DNA from: Tubiluchus corallicola
Lineage: Eukaryota; Animalia; Priapulida
Length of the DNA: 30,924 nt
NCBI GenBank assembly: GCA_030141605.1
Contig: JAQGDQ010001647.1
Location: 1 to 30,924 of the forward strand
Direction of reading: 5' to 3'
Shown: positions 11,361 to 24,075 of the stretch, in pieces
Position numbering within the stretch: position 1 is the stretch's first letter
Layout of the letters: each line of letters starts with the position of its first letter
Notes under the pieces: model-generated
Told to the model about the DNA's origin: nothing
The model's database searches: none
The model's input: the letters and a program-made list of their open reading frames with translations, nothing else
Translations under genes and position numbers: made by a program

Positions 11361-11554
11361 TTTTAGTAGCAAGTCGGCGAGCGTTCCAACCATGTGCAGC
11401 GCTCCGTCTTTCTGTCGTACGTCCATTCCGGGTTGAACTAGAATGCTCATGCAGAACTCCATGGTCGACTGCAGCATGTCCTTGCGTTTCATGCACACGG
11501 TGTGTAGCAGCGTCTGTGCGGCGCACACGGGAGATACAAAATCCTCAAACACAT
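11361..11554 (-). CDS. IPO7: Importin-7 exon I, 194 nt
   Basis: cgcag|...|gtaagg; [64 protein letters not shown]. Confidence 0.96.
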
Positions 11555-11892
11555 CTGCGAACAGTAAACGTGTATTTAAGAGAAAAAAGAGATACCACGA
11601 AAACAAACAAGCAAGAGACTACAGAACAGGGAAGAACAGCATCTATTTAACTTTGTTTATTTTTTATCTAAAGTTCATTCCAGTACATAAAAATGTTATA
11701 TAAAAGTTAAAAAATTATACCAAAAACTAAGAGACTGCATGCACTATTAAAAGAAGTACAAATATATAGAAAAACATCACAAAAAATACAGAAGTGAAAA
11801 CTACAAGATATTTAAAAGCCAGCGGTTTCATGCCATCTTCTAAATATTGTGCAATAAAAATCACATGTAAGCATATATTGTTGTCCCTGTTG

Positions 11893-12129
11893 TCGTCATC
11901 ATCATGATCATTGTCATCGCCACTACCACATCATCGCCATCTTCATCATCATCATCATTATCTTCATCATCATCATCACCACCACCATCATCATTATCGT
12001 CGTCATCATCACCACCACCACCATTACCATCAGCATGATCATCATTGTCATCACCATCATCACCATCATCACCACCACCATCATCAACATGATCGTCATC
12101 GTCTCCATGATCATCATTGTCATCATCAT
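11893..12129. repeat. Imperfect (CAT/CAC)n microsatellite
   Basis: Direct reading; gives spurious poly-His/Asp/Met ORFs. Confidence 0.95.
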
Positions 12130-12139
12130 TTTCAATTCG

Positions 12140-12378
12140 GGTACCATATTCTTCTAGTACCAAGGTTTCCTTGTACCAATATTTCTTAGTACTAAACAAT
12201 CCTGGTACCATATTGTCCTAGTACCAAATATTCTTTGTAGCTAAGATAAATAATAAAGATAATATTACCAAATTTACCTGTAATATAAATTACCGCATAC
12301 TAAAATTTCCTAGTACTAAATTTTGCCAGTACCAAGTTTCCCTTGTGCAATTTTAACCTGAACTAAACTTTCCTACAT
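12140..12378. repeat. Degenerate ~15-16-bp GTACCAAAT-type repeats, probably subterminal repeats of a DNA transposon
   Basis: Periodic GTACCA/GTACTA motifs. Confidence 0.55.
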
Positions 12379-12585
12379 TCAAGCGCAGTTTCCGGCATCG
12401 GTCAACCACACTGGCACTGGTCAAGCACACTTCCGGCACTGGTCAGCCAGTCATGTGATCGTGTTCGCACTTACTTGTCGAGCACAACAATAAGACAAAG
12501 CTTCTCATACTCATGCTTGTAATCAGCTTCGCACGTCTGTGTGAAAGTAGCTTAAGGTAAAATACTGAACCAGGAGGTTAATTAC

Positions 12586-12685
12586 CGAATTTCAGTCGAA
12601 TGTACTCGATGGGATCCTCCTGCCACAGTTCGTTATCCTCGGCAGTGTGACACATGAGCGGAAACAGGACGTCACTGATGATTTG
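12586..12685 (-). CDS. IPO7: Importin-7 exon H, 100 nt
   Basis: tttgcag|...|gtaatt; [33 protein letters not shown](D). Confidence 0.96.
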
Positions 12686-12711
12686 CTGCAAAAAACCAAC
12701 AGAACATAGTA

Positions 12712-13339
12712 CAGTGTTCTCTCGCTACTTCACGGTTCGTTTATCGCGGGTTTACAAAAATATTAATGTAAAATATTTATCGCGGTATTTTCACGGGTTT
12801 TTGCGGTACTTCGTCTAAAGTATTTTTGCACATGCGTAGTACGTATTGTACAGTAATGTATAGACTTGATAAATTTTGCATAAAAAAATCACAAAATGTA
12901 TAAAAATATATTAAAATATTAATTCTAACATTAAAAGAATATTATAAATCACAAAGAATTACCATTTACAGTAAATAGTGTATTTATTCGGCGGACGAAT
13001 ACACACCAAAAACGAAATGTAGTACTTGCGCCCGCTTGAGATGCTACTTGCCGACATGAGATTGTACACAACACACGTCAAATTTTTAAAATTACATATC
13101 TAGAGTTTAAAACATTTTTATGAACATTTCAGTAAAGTTTTTTAAAAGGTACATGTACAGTATGCGAAAAGTTATTAAGGGAATGGGAAAGGGTTGTGTA
13201 TAAGAGTGTGGGGAGGGTTTATAAATACTTAAAATAATGTATAACTACTAAAATAAGTATAGCATCCCTACTTCGGTGGAAATTCACTTATCGTGGGTGG
13301 GCCTGGAACGGAACACCTGTGATAAGTGAAGGAACACTG
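12712..13339 (-). mobile_element. Tigger-like MITE family T, copy A
   Basis: TA|CAGTGTTCTCTCGCTAC ... GATAAGTGAAGGAACACTG; inverted relative to copy B. Confidence 0.8.
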
Positions 13340-14115
13340 CATGGTATACGATATAATGGATTATTATTATTTACAGTATGCACTCATATCTTGAATATTG
13401 GAAGAATCGAACAAAACCTGGACCGTTAAAAAGTCTCGCATACTACGGACATACTACTTTCATGGGCTGACTGCTAGTTGGTCGACCGTTACTTTGTTTA
13501 CATCCAAGCGCAAGTAACGACGTGTGTGTAGCTTGTATGTCAGCATGTTTAATGGTTTAATTAGTGTCTGTAAATAGTTTAGCGTCAATTATACGAAGTT
13601 ATTTGAGTCAATTGCTGACAGTTTTTACGTAATTTTGCACAGAAGCGGCCCGTACTAGACGTTTTGAGACAAGTAGATGATCGATTTTGCAGTACCACGA
13701 GTCTAATACACGGCACCCTCCATATTAGCTTAGTATCGGTAAATACAGACAATCGGCAAATTCGGACCGACATCTCCCCGCTTTTGTCTGGCAAACCGAG
13801 ACAAGAGGGAATTTATATATAAACTCTGAAAATTTAAAACTAACCAACTAAGAGTATAATAGTTTGCCCAAAAAACTAGAAAGTTGTGCAATAATAGTCA
13901 TAATCACGCGTTTTTTTAAGTATTATGTTTGCAATCATGTGGAAATACTCGATGGAAAGCAAAAGCGTCAAAAACAAAGTGAATTAAAGGAGAGAAACTT
14001 TAGTAAACTTTACAAAGCTTCTCATTCAAATACGTCTCTGGAAAACAGTTTCTTTCAATTAAACTCAGTTCAAAATCAGAATAATATCTGCCATACTTTC
14101 AAAGCAATTACCAAA

Positions 14116-14532
14116 GTGGGATGCCCGCACTGTATCTTGACACTAGGCGGAGGAGCTGCACAAGCAGCCAACGGCTAGAGGGCGGAGGAGGTCAAGTGAC
14201 CCAACGGCCATGTGTAGAGGAGTAAACCTTCCAAATCAGGAGTGGAGTCCCGAAGGCGGATCAGTGCAGCATGCTCACTGACTCCGGCAGCCAACCTGGT
14301 GCCAAACGTATCGCTCCGCTTTCCTTTGGACTACACTAGGGAGGAAGAGAGGGGGTTCCTGTTGTCTGTGCAACTCAGGATCTCCATACACCTTGCCCAG
14401 GCGTGCGCCCTGGAGATGTTCAAGGATCGCACTGCTCAGCCACAGTCGACGCTGCAGCTCCATCAATGTGATCAATAACTGACTCTCTTGATGCACAATC
14501 CATTGTCTTCCGAAACAGAAGGATGCCAACAG
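14116..14532 (+). mobile_element. Second copy of the same SINE body, lacking the 5S head
   Basis: High identity to reverse complement of 25860-26280; starts exactly at the 5S/body junction. Confidence 0.85.
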
Positions 14533-14627
14533 TCATGCAAAAAATCTTTAGTTTATTTAATTCTATTTATCTTCACCTATAGTTATTAATTAAGATAAAT
14601 TGTTTCCGGATCATATCAAATGCTTTA

Positions 14628-15012
14628 CAGTGTTCCCTCACTCATCGTGGGTGTTCCGTTCCGGCCTACCCACGATAAGTGAATTTCCGTAAAGTAGGGA
14701 CGCTATACTTATTTTAGTAGTTATACATTATTTTAAGTCTTTATAAACCCTTCCCACACTCTTATACATAACCCTTTCCCATTCACTTAATAACTTTTCC
14801 CATACAGTACATGTACCTTTTAAAAAACTTTACTTAAATGTTCACAAAAATGTTTTAAACTCTTAAACCTAGATACGTAATTTTGACGGAGTACAAGAAA
14901 AACACGCGAAACAGCAAAAAACCGCGACAAATCTTTTAAATTAATATTCTTTGAAAATCCGCGAAACAGTGAGTCCGCGATAAACGAAGCGCGAAGTAGC
15001 GAGAGAACACTG
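14628..15012 (+). mobile_element. Tigger-like MITE family T, copy B
   Basis: TA|CAGTGTTCCCTCAC ... GTAGCGAGAGAACACTG|TA. Confidence 0.85.
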
Positions 15013-16565
15013 TAACTGCATAGCGCTTGGATAAACTTTGCTTCTGCAACAAAGCACAGGAATAAGCCTTTTCGTTGTGTGCACGGGCAGTTGCTGTAGG
15101 TCAAAGGTTAAGTGTACCACAGCAACGGGTCTTAACTACAACCGTCACATGACGTGTGTGTAAAACAAATCGATGTGCACGTCAGCCCAGTAGAATCACA
15201 GTTGTTTTGTGTGGACTTTACTTAATTATGCATTAGTCTGTGCGTAGAGTGATTTACTAGCACGATCTTGCTTGGAAACAAGAAAAAATGAACTAGGTAA
15301 AGTTTTAGCTAGCTGTTAAAATGGTTACTATTACAATAGCATGGACTGCAAGGCATTGTCTGTGTTGTCTGGTACACTCAACCTTTGACCTTTTCGCGAT
15401 CATTATCAATCGCTGGAATTGAGAAAAGGCTCATTCCCTACTAGCATGAAACTATTTACAGGAAGTTACATTTACACCCTGTATATACTTTGATCAAAAA
15501 TTGCAGCGGCGGAGCTGACTTCCTGTCGAAAAATATTAACACAACCTCTTCCTGTAGCAATGTACTACTGAAGCGAGGGACATAGATGTACATTACAGGC
15601 CATCTAGTTCAAGTAATAATCAATACAGAGGGCAAACAGCAATGGAAGCTTCTGGATAATAAAGGCAAGAGAACTGTGTTCATATTGTTGGGCACGTGCA
15701 CATCTCCTTACCCGTTGAAATTGGTTTAGGCCGAAATTGTCACGAGTCACATGACCAGGTAAGTCATTACCTGGCAAGCAATAGAAGCTGATATAATGTT
15801 CAATTTGTGAATTGACTTTAATTATTTTTCACAAGCAGTAAACACCAAAACTCAGAGAGACTACATGTAAGTATCAAATTATCTTTGTTATAACTCCTTT
15901 GTAACTGCTATAATTTCTTCAGTTTATGTTTACAGTGCTTATTCTAGTTTTCAGTTTTGTTTTCACTACTTGTGTATGTTTATTTTTATATCCGTTATTA
16001 TTTATTGTGACTTTATATGTTTATCCACTTCTGATGGTTTTTGTTTTGTTTATCAATCTGTTTGTTTTGTTCATGTTTGCTTTGTTTTGTTTTTTCATGT
16101 TGCTTTGCCACTTAAATCTAGTTTGATTGTTTTTTCGTCATCATTTCTTCCTTATTACATTTTTTTAGTTTGGCAGCATTTTCATTGTTTCATTCCAGCT
16201 CAAATCGTCGCTAGATTTTCTTGTAAATAACTTTAACTAAAAGCGTGGCTGATTTGCTAACCTCTAGGGTTTTTCGCGACGCTTTCTCTAACTACTCACA
16301 ACTTACTATAAGCTGAACTTTTTCGTATGTTACGAATGATTGATAAATTTGTCTGAAATTTGAATTTATAAGAGGGGTATTTTACTCTTATTTTCTGTTT
16401 AATTTTGATGGAAAGTCATTCAAACTAATTTAGTAATTTGCTTGGGTCACAATTATAATATTTTGTTAAATTCTCGTTGCTGTAATTTATGATTATAAAC
16501 GAAAACCACAACTGTTGCATTTTAAACAAATTTCGATCTTTCAGGAGTTTGAACGAAGAACAGAC

Positions 16566-17136
16566 ATGTTGGCCAGAATTCTGTCCGTTGTTGTTTATTA
16601 TAATGCATTAGTGAACAGCTATGAGGAATACGGCGGTTGTCCACGACTCACACACTGCGTTTGTGAATCAGTGGATTCCTGTCCCAGAATTCTGTGCAGA
16701 GAACTCGAAGTAAATGAATTAAGCGTAGCGATGACGGACATAGATCGGCCGGTGTGCGTACTAGAGATAAGCAACGATTTCGCCGGAGACGATGCACTTC
16801 CCGACCGGTTTCTTAGCAACAGAAGTGTGAGGCACATCAAAATCACGGGTTTCCGTATGCGGTTCGTGCAAGAGGAAACCTTCTCCGGAGTCGAAGATAC
16901 GGAAAGCGTGGAAATCGACGGAATCGGATTGAACGAGATACACACGCGCGCTTTTCTGCCGCTGATTAGCGTGACGACGATAAAGATTACAAACGGCATC
17001 GTTGCGGATCTGAACCTGGATCTTTCTCGGTTACGCTACGTGACACAGTTGGGCTTTGCATCGAATGTAATCAGGCATTTCGGAGTCAAGTTTCATCCGG
17101 AAGTAAGGACAGAAAACGTGCGGCTAGACCTATCAG
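16566..17136 (+). CDS. Nested LRR gene, coding exon 1 (signal peptide, LRRNT, ~4-5 LRRs)
   Basis: Acceptor tctttcag at 16544, ATG 16566, MLARILSVVVYYNALVNS signal-like, CP-x4-CxC-x-C LRRNT (CPRLTHCVC...C), LRR-like LEISND..LPDRF, IKITG..MRFVQEETF, LNEIHTRAF, LGFASNVI; phase-1 donor TCAG|gtactt. Confidence 0.8.
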
Positions 17137-17244
17137 GTACTTAGAAACCACAGAGAATAACACTGTAATCGGAGAACTCATTAGGCGTGCAAACGCGTGA
17201 CATCGAACTGCTAGCGGGTAAAAAAACACAATGCGTTCCTCACA

Positions 17245-17865
<621 letters not shown>

Positions 17866-18046
17866 GATGATCTTTATTCACACATAATAGTTGCATTATA
17901 TGTAATATAATAGGGTAAATAGTGCTATTAGCAGTATATCGTTAGTAGCAAATGCAACAGTTCATTAATACCATTAACTGTGATACGTTCTATTACATAT
18001 TCATTATGCAAAGTCCAGAACAGAATGTACGGTATTATGTCACCAT

Positions 18047-18478
18047 GAGGGGTGGAACTAGGGGGAGCGGGGGGCGCCCCCTGTCAAAATTTGCGCCCCC
18101 CTGCAAAATCGGACAAATAATTTTTTTGCAGTGAAAATTGCAGTTCGCATGTAATCATTTTCAATATGAATTAGAATTAGGTAAAAAAATGTTTGGTAGC
18201 TTCATTGTATTATTTTCTTAAAACTTGTGTGTGATAAATTTCTGTAAATAACAATTTAGTTAGATGCACATTAATAACGTTAGGTTAACTGAGAGTTAAT
18301 TTTCTCATTATTGCTCTGTCCGCTACGCCGTCCTACACACATGCTAATTATAGGCCTGCATGCAGTATAAAAGGGGTTAAAAATTGGCTTAACCATTATT
18401 TAACCACTTCGGATACCTCGCCCTCCCAGAAAATTTTTGCGCCCCCCCCCCTGCTTGCCACATCTAGTTCCGGCCCTG
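18047..18478. mobile_element. hAT-type MITE in intron of nested LRR gene
   Basis: TIRs GAGGGGTGGAACTAG / CTAGTTCCGGCCCTG; 8-bp TSD GTCACCAT / GTCAACAT; GCGCCCCC subterminal motifs. Confidence 0.8.
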
Positions 18479-19306
18479 GTCAACATGTCTATAAGCATAA
18501 GTATGGTGGTTCAAGTGTGCTCTAATACAATTTCTTCCTAGTATACTTATACCAATATGGTTATTTAACACAGCCAAAGAGCAAAGAACTGGATTAATAG
18601 ATAAATTTATGTTACAAATGAGCTTTAAAATTCGCTTATGGAAGAGTACATCTAGAGAATATGTATCAGCAATACACAATGTCACTCTCGAATGGTAATA
18701 ATGCTGACACTGTCTTCTGCTTGCCGTAGTATTACTATCTATGGTTTGCCCGCTCGCCGTTGAAGCGTTAGCACGCGTTACTAATTCTTGTATTAAGCGA
18801 ACATTCCCACATGTTGAACTCCGTGGTAGAATATCTTCTTCTAAATACCCAAAAACAATAGTTTCCACTACAATCACAGAATGATTTTTACTGACGTCAT
18901 CCTACCGTCACGATGGCCGTAGAAAAGAACCATTTTTGCTCTGTGCGCTCTACAATCATAAACTGACCGTAGACTTTTTTATAGTCGGCAGTTTCTGCAC
19001 AATTTCAAGCTAGGTAGCACCAACACGTGTAACTACACCTTGTAATTGCGTGTTTTACCTGATCTCGTGATGTCTAAAGAATTTATATCATTTAAATACT
19101 TTTAGCAAACAATACTTGGCAAAATTCTGAGCGTGACTGTACGGACGTCATATCAGACTTAGAATAAGAACTGAAGTGGAAACTCACTAATAATAATAAT
19201 TTAATATCATTAAGTAAGGAAACCAGCAAAATCGCCAAACTTTCAACGCTTCACAAGTTCACAAAAGTGATAAGGGATCGAAGCTCATGATTTGTTTATC
19301 ATGTAG

Positions 19307-19617
19307 GTCGCAATGCATTAGAGTGTGACTGCAATCTCCGATGGTTACGTGCTGCCACCTGGGAGAGCGAATCCGACCTCGGCCACTGCTTCAAACCGGA
19401 CCGATACCGATTCGCCAACATCGTGGATCTACAGCTCGACGAGTTTGCTTGCCCGGACAGCGATACGACCGTAACCAAGGCAACCAATGAATCGTCGCAG
19501 GCCGAAGCACGTCATCAGGCGTTCGAGACGAGGAGCGCAAACCAATCAAACACAGCGAGGAAGTTTTACACTGGCGGATTGAGTTTTACAATGCTGTTAA
19601 TGAAGACATCGGTTTAA
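19307..19617 (+). CDS. Nested LRR gene, last coding exon (LRRCT, S/T-rich stalk, hydrophobic tail)
   Basis: tcatgtag|GT phase-1 acceptor; joins as LDLSGRNALECDCNLRWL...CFKPDRYRFANIVDLQLDEFAC (4-Cys LRRCT), then DSDTTVTKATNESS...GGLSFTMLLMKTSV*. Confidence 0.8.
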
Positions 19618-20132
19618 TGAAAAGGCAAGGAAAATGGTTTGACACAAGTTTTGAAAGTGTGAGCTGCAGCAAGCGATGACATCACAAACTGACATAATTT
19701 TCCACGAGCGTGTTGCACGTGTTTGAGAAAGTGAAAATTGAAGTACAGTGCTACTGTAAGATATTCAGTATGTTGTACGAAAACTAGGTAAATTTTGAGA
19801 CAAAAATTTGTATTGAATTTTCAAATTTACGGCTGTCTCATCATGCCATTTTATCAGAAATGTGTGCTATATCAAAAACAAATTGAGAAGTACAACATTT
19901 GTTTTTTGCACAACACATTTCTAAGATGCAGACGCTAGTGCCCATCTAACTGGAGAATGGTGAAATGCATGTAAACGGCTGCGAACGTGAAAAAAATTCT
20001 GTGGTGATAACTCTTTCATGTAAATTACTTTTACACAACAAAGTTCCCATTCAATTTTTCATACATTCGACTATTTTGAGTATTACAGTTTAAAACTGGG
20101 TCATCATTACAGCAAAAAGTTGAATTACAGTA

Positions 20133-21080
20133 CAGTGTTCCCTCACTTATTGTGGGTGTTCCGTTCCAGGCAAACCCGCGATACGTGAATTTCAGCGAAG
20201 TAGGGATGCTATAACTTATTTTAGTAGTTATACATTATTTTAAAGCACAAGAAAACCCTTCATCAAGATAAAGCTTAAAAAATTTGTCTTGAAATCTTAT
20301 ACCACTTACATACTGCCTTTTCGTATGCATCGCTTGCATCGGCCGTAACGCTGTACAAATCGTGTAAATTTAAACTCCCGCGATGACCGTTAGGCGCAGC
20401 CATTTTAATCGAAGGTCGTTTGAAACAAGTTTTGATAACATTAAGTAAAAGTTTGAAAAAATAATCAGAACATTCGTAGGATGTTGCTAGTTAAATAAAA
20501 TTCTAAATTACTGTATCTTGGAGATTACAAATACGTTTTTGGTTAGTGAGTGGCACACCCTGGAGGGTAAGCCAGCGACATTTTACCAATTGTTACAAAA
20601 TATTTTAAACTATTAGTCTAGTTACATAAGTCTTTCCAGTAGGTACGCGATAAACCAAGTAATATAGATTTGCATAGAAACCTTTTTGGGACATAATTTA
20701 ACATTTTCTTTTCTTCCCTTGATTTACGTTTGCGTAAGTGACGTCATGTAATGGCGCGGTCGGAACATTTTCGCGGGAGATTTAAAATGAGAACAAACAA
20801 AAATTCCTTTCAACGCGAGTACCATATACGCATAAAATTGCTGTAAAGCAGTATAATTCTTTAAGGCGATTTTTCTGAAACCTACTTCAGGCGCCCCTTT
20901 TGTTGTCCATTAAGTCTTTATAAATCCTCCCCACACTCGTATACATAACCCTTTCCCATTCCCTTAATAACTTTTCCCATACTGTACATGTACCTTTTAA
21001 AAAACTTTACTTAAATGTTCATAAAAATGTTTTAAACTCTTAAACTTTGTAGCAGCTCAAGCGGGCACAAGTGTGTATTC
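20133..21080 (+). mobile_element. Family-T Tigger MITE with Kolobok-like element (20244-20909) inserted at a TTAA
   Basis: Copy B reads ATTTTAAGTCTTTATA; here TTAA|AGCACAAGAAAACCC...CCTTTTGTTGTCCA|TTAA GTCTTTATA. Confidence 0.8.
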
Positions 21081-21726
21081 ATTCATTTTGACAAAATTAA
21101 TCCTGGTTTTGTCATAAATTTTACCAAAAGTACTTGTTCTTACATATTTGTAAGCGTGCACGGAGAAAAATTTGTCATTTTTAATACTTTCCTAATAATT
21201 TTAATCTAAATAATCACAGTGAATGAATTCTGTTATTATGGATTTTAATTATTATTAATAATTGCTAAAATGATTAATAAGCAAGTCTGTGGTACTTGTA
21301 TTAAGGACGTAATTATAATTGACCGTGTTGTATATACACTCTTATATCATGATACAGTGCAGAATTATGGGCCTGCAAATAGAGGCCGTACGTGTGTGTG
21401 TTGCGTAAACGAAGATTTATCATCATTGTAATTACAACTTGATTATACAAATATTGATTTTATGTGATTTTTTACTGATTTATGCAATAACGTCAACAAA
21501 TATTAAACATAAAACACGTAGCAGCAAGGGGTCGGTTTGATATTCAAGATGTGTTATCTGGTTCAGAAGCAAATACACATTTATTATCATCATCAACATA
21601 TCTGCGAGTTTGGACATCTGGGAATAGAGTGTGGATTTGATTATTAGGATTTTGAATTGATAAGAACAACTTTTTGCAAGGATTTTCGCGACGATTAAAA
21701 TGAGCAAAGACTTAAACTCAACTCAC

Positions 21727-21772
21727 CCGCATGTGAGGTTTGAGAAATTTCCACGAGAATGCGTGAGCGACC
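21727..21772 (-). CDS. IPO7: Importin-7 exon G, 46 nt
   Basis: ttttgcag|...|gtgagt; VAHAFSWKFLKPHMR, bridging phases of exons F and H. Confidence 0.93.
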
Positions 21773-21965
21773 CTGCAAAAACAAACATTTACATTTTCTC
21801 ACTCCTAAAATTCACTCTGCAATGCGATATCGAGTCTAATCGTGGTTAGTTGCTCTTACCATTGAGCTAAGACTAATTATGAGAGAAAACCGAATAATGT
21901 AAAAACAATACGTGTGTTGATATCGGTTTCTATACGGAATAAAGTTCATCTTATTTTAACATTAA

Positions 21966-22513
21966 AGGAAAACCGGACGATTGTGTAAACACGAGTTTAG
22001 AATAAAGAATGCTCTAAAATATTGAAAACTACAATAACTTTTTTAAATCAAAGCTTAGATTAAATAATAATTACCTCGGATACTCAAATTTCGTTAAACT
22101 TTCAAAGCTACGCGCGGCTCAGTGAATCTACTAAGATTGGCAGCGGCGCCTTTTTGTCACATTCGCGTGGCCGACAAATAGAAGGCGGTACCGTGATAAC
22201 CATGATCATGAACTGCTGTGTTAGTTTCTGACGTCATATGATGTAGAGCCCATTTTCATGACATCATGCGTTTAAGCAGTACTGTAACACTTATGCAAAT
22301 GTGCTTGACGCGCAAGGGAAGATACCTGCCATTGCACAAACTGTGGTTAGTTTCTGACGTAAGCAATAGCTGTGTTTGGTTGCAGTTAATTAACTTTCTA
22401 ATTTAATTATTAAAATATAAGAAACAATTGCTAAACCTTTAGAGGGAAGAAAATGTATATTTTGGACAGCAAATTAAAATGAGATTGAGTCTAAACAATT
22501 GTCCGGTCTTCCT
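21966..22513. mobile_element. Kolobok-like MITE
   Basis: TTAA|AGGAAAACCGGACGATTGTGTAAAC ... GTCTAAACAATTGTCCGGTCTTCCT|TTAA. Confidence 0.8.
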
Positions 22514-22675
22514 TTAAATATGCACAGACAAGCATGTACAGTTGGCACGGAAACATATTTTTCACTTTGATTTGCTGATAATTACACGCTCACCAAAATT
22601 TCATTTTCCTCAGAAATTATTAAGCTTTCTAGCTGAAACTTTCGGTAATTTTCAGTGTTACTTTTCCGAGATTTT

Positions 22676-23279
22676 AGTAGTATTAACGTAGAACTTATGC
22701 TATGTCCGTATTATACTTACGCCATATTGATGTAGTGCTTACGCCATATTGATGTAGTTAACGGTTTGCTGTAAGTACTTATGCCGTATTGATGTAGTGC
22801 TTACGCCATATTGATGTAGTTAACGGTTTGCTGTAAGTACTTACGCCGTATTGATGTAGTGCTTACGCCATATTGATGTAGTTAACGGTTTGCTGTAAGT
22901 ACTTATGCCGTATTGATGTAGTGCTTACGCCATATTGATGTAGTTAACGGTTTGCTGTAAGTACTTACGCTGTATTGGTGTAGTGCTCATACTGTATTGA
23001 TGTAGTACTTACACTGTACTGATGTAGTGCGTACGCCATACTGACGTAGTGCTTACGACGTATTGATGTAGTCAACTGTCTGCTGTAAGTACTTACGCCG
23101 TATTGGTGTAGTGCTTACGCTGTATTGATGCAGTACTTACGATGTATTAACGTAGCACTTATGCAACATCGATGTAATACGTTATATTGAAGTAGTACTT
23201 ACGCCGTATTGATGTACTACTTACGTCATATTGATGTAGTACTTACGCCGTATTGATGTAGTTAATTGTCTGCTGTAAG
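22676..23279 (-). repeat. 22-bp / 62-bp higher-order array built from the exon F 3' end and donor
   Basis: Sense units ACTACATCAATACGGC|GTAAGT and TTACAGCAAACCGTTAACTACATCAATATGGC|GTAAGC. Confidence 0.95.
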
Positions 23280-23349
23280 ACGCGTGGCGCCACGTAGATT
23301 CGCTGTCGATATTGATCTAGTACCTTCAGTAAGACTTGTAATATTCCAG
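23247..23349 (-). CDS. IPO7: Importin-7 exon F, 103 nt
   Basis: tttatag|...GC|gtaagt; (A)[33 protein letters not shown](A). Confidence 0.94.
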
Positions 23350-23452
23350 CTATAAAAACACAAAAACAACGATAACCAAAGTGAACTCCTTCTTAGTGGA
23401 TTAGTAGCCAAAACAGTTGAGTTTTAGCCGTATCGATAACAAAGTGAACCCT

Positions 23453-23825
23453 AGCGTTCACACCAGACAGTAACTCACCCAAGCATTCACACCAGACAGT
23501 AACTCACCCAAGCGTTCACACCAGACAGTAACTCATCCAAGCATTCACACCAGACAGTAACTCAAACAAACATTCACACCAGACAGTAACTCACCCAAGC
23601 ATTCACACCAGACAGTAACTCACCCAAGCATTCACACCAGACAGTAACTCACCCACGCGTTCACACCAGACAGTAACTCACCCAAGCATTCACACCAGAC
23701 AGTAACTCACCCAAGCATTCACACCGGACAGTAACTCACCCATGCGTTCACACCAGACAGTAACTCACCCACGTGTTCACACCAGACAGTAACTCACCCA
23801 CGCGTTCACACCAGACAGTAACTCG
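23453..23825. repeat. 29-bp minisatellite, ~13 copies
   Basis: Unit GCATTCACACCAGACAGTAACTCACCCAA. Confidence 0.97.
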
Positions 23826-24075
23826 CAGCAACTTCCGGGGCATTTGCAATAAGTTTTGATAAGTTTTTAAGCCGTTCACACTCGCAAGCTTGCGCTCAGG
23901 GATGAAACTCGCTAGTCTGAATGGGCCATTAGGAAAACGATAACGATATTGGATCAAAAATGCAAAAAATGGCTAAATAACGTAAGATTTGCCCTTTTTA
24001 ACTCTAATATGATGCAAATACTAAATCAACTTTCAAATTTATAAATGCAAGAAAGAAATTTAGTAAATAATTTAC

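Noticed and set aside
11861-12211. Poly-His / poly-Asp / Met-rich ORFs
   Set aside because: Translation of a (CAT/CAC)n microsatellite
14116-14185. HDV-like ribozyme at the 5' end of the RTE-derived body
   Set aside because: A P4-like hairpin (GCTGC-ACAA-GCAGC) is present but P1 and P2 pairings could not be completed by eye
19765-19847. C/D box pair on minus strand (ATGATGA...CTGA)
   Set aside because: No terminal stem or recognisable rRNA guide; same for the pair at ~26921-27033
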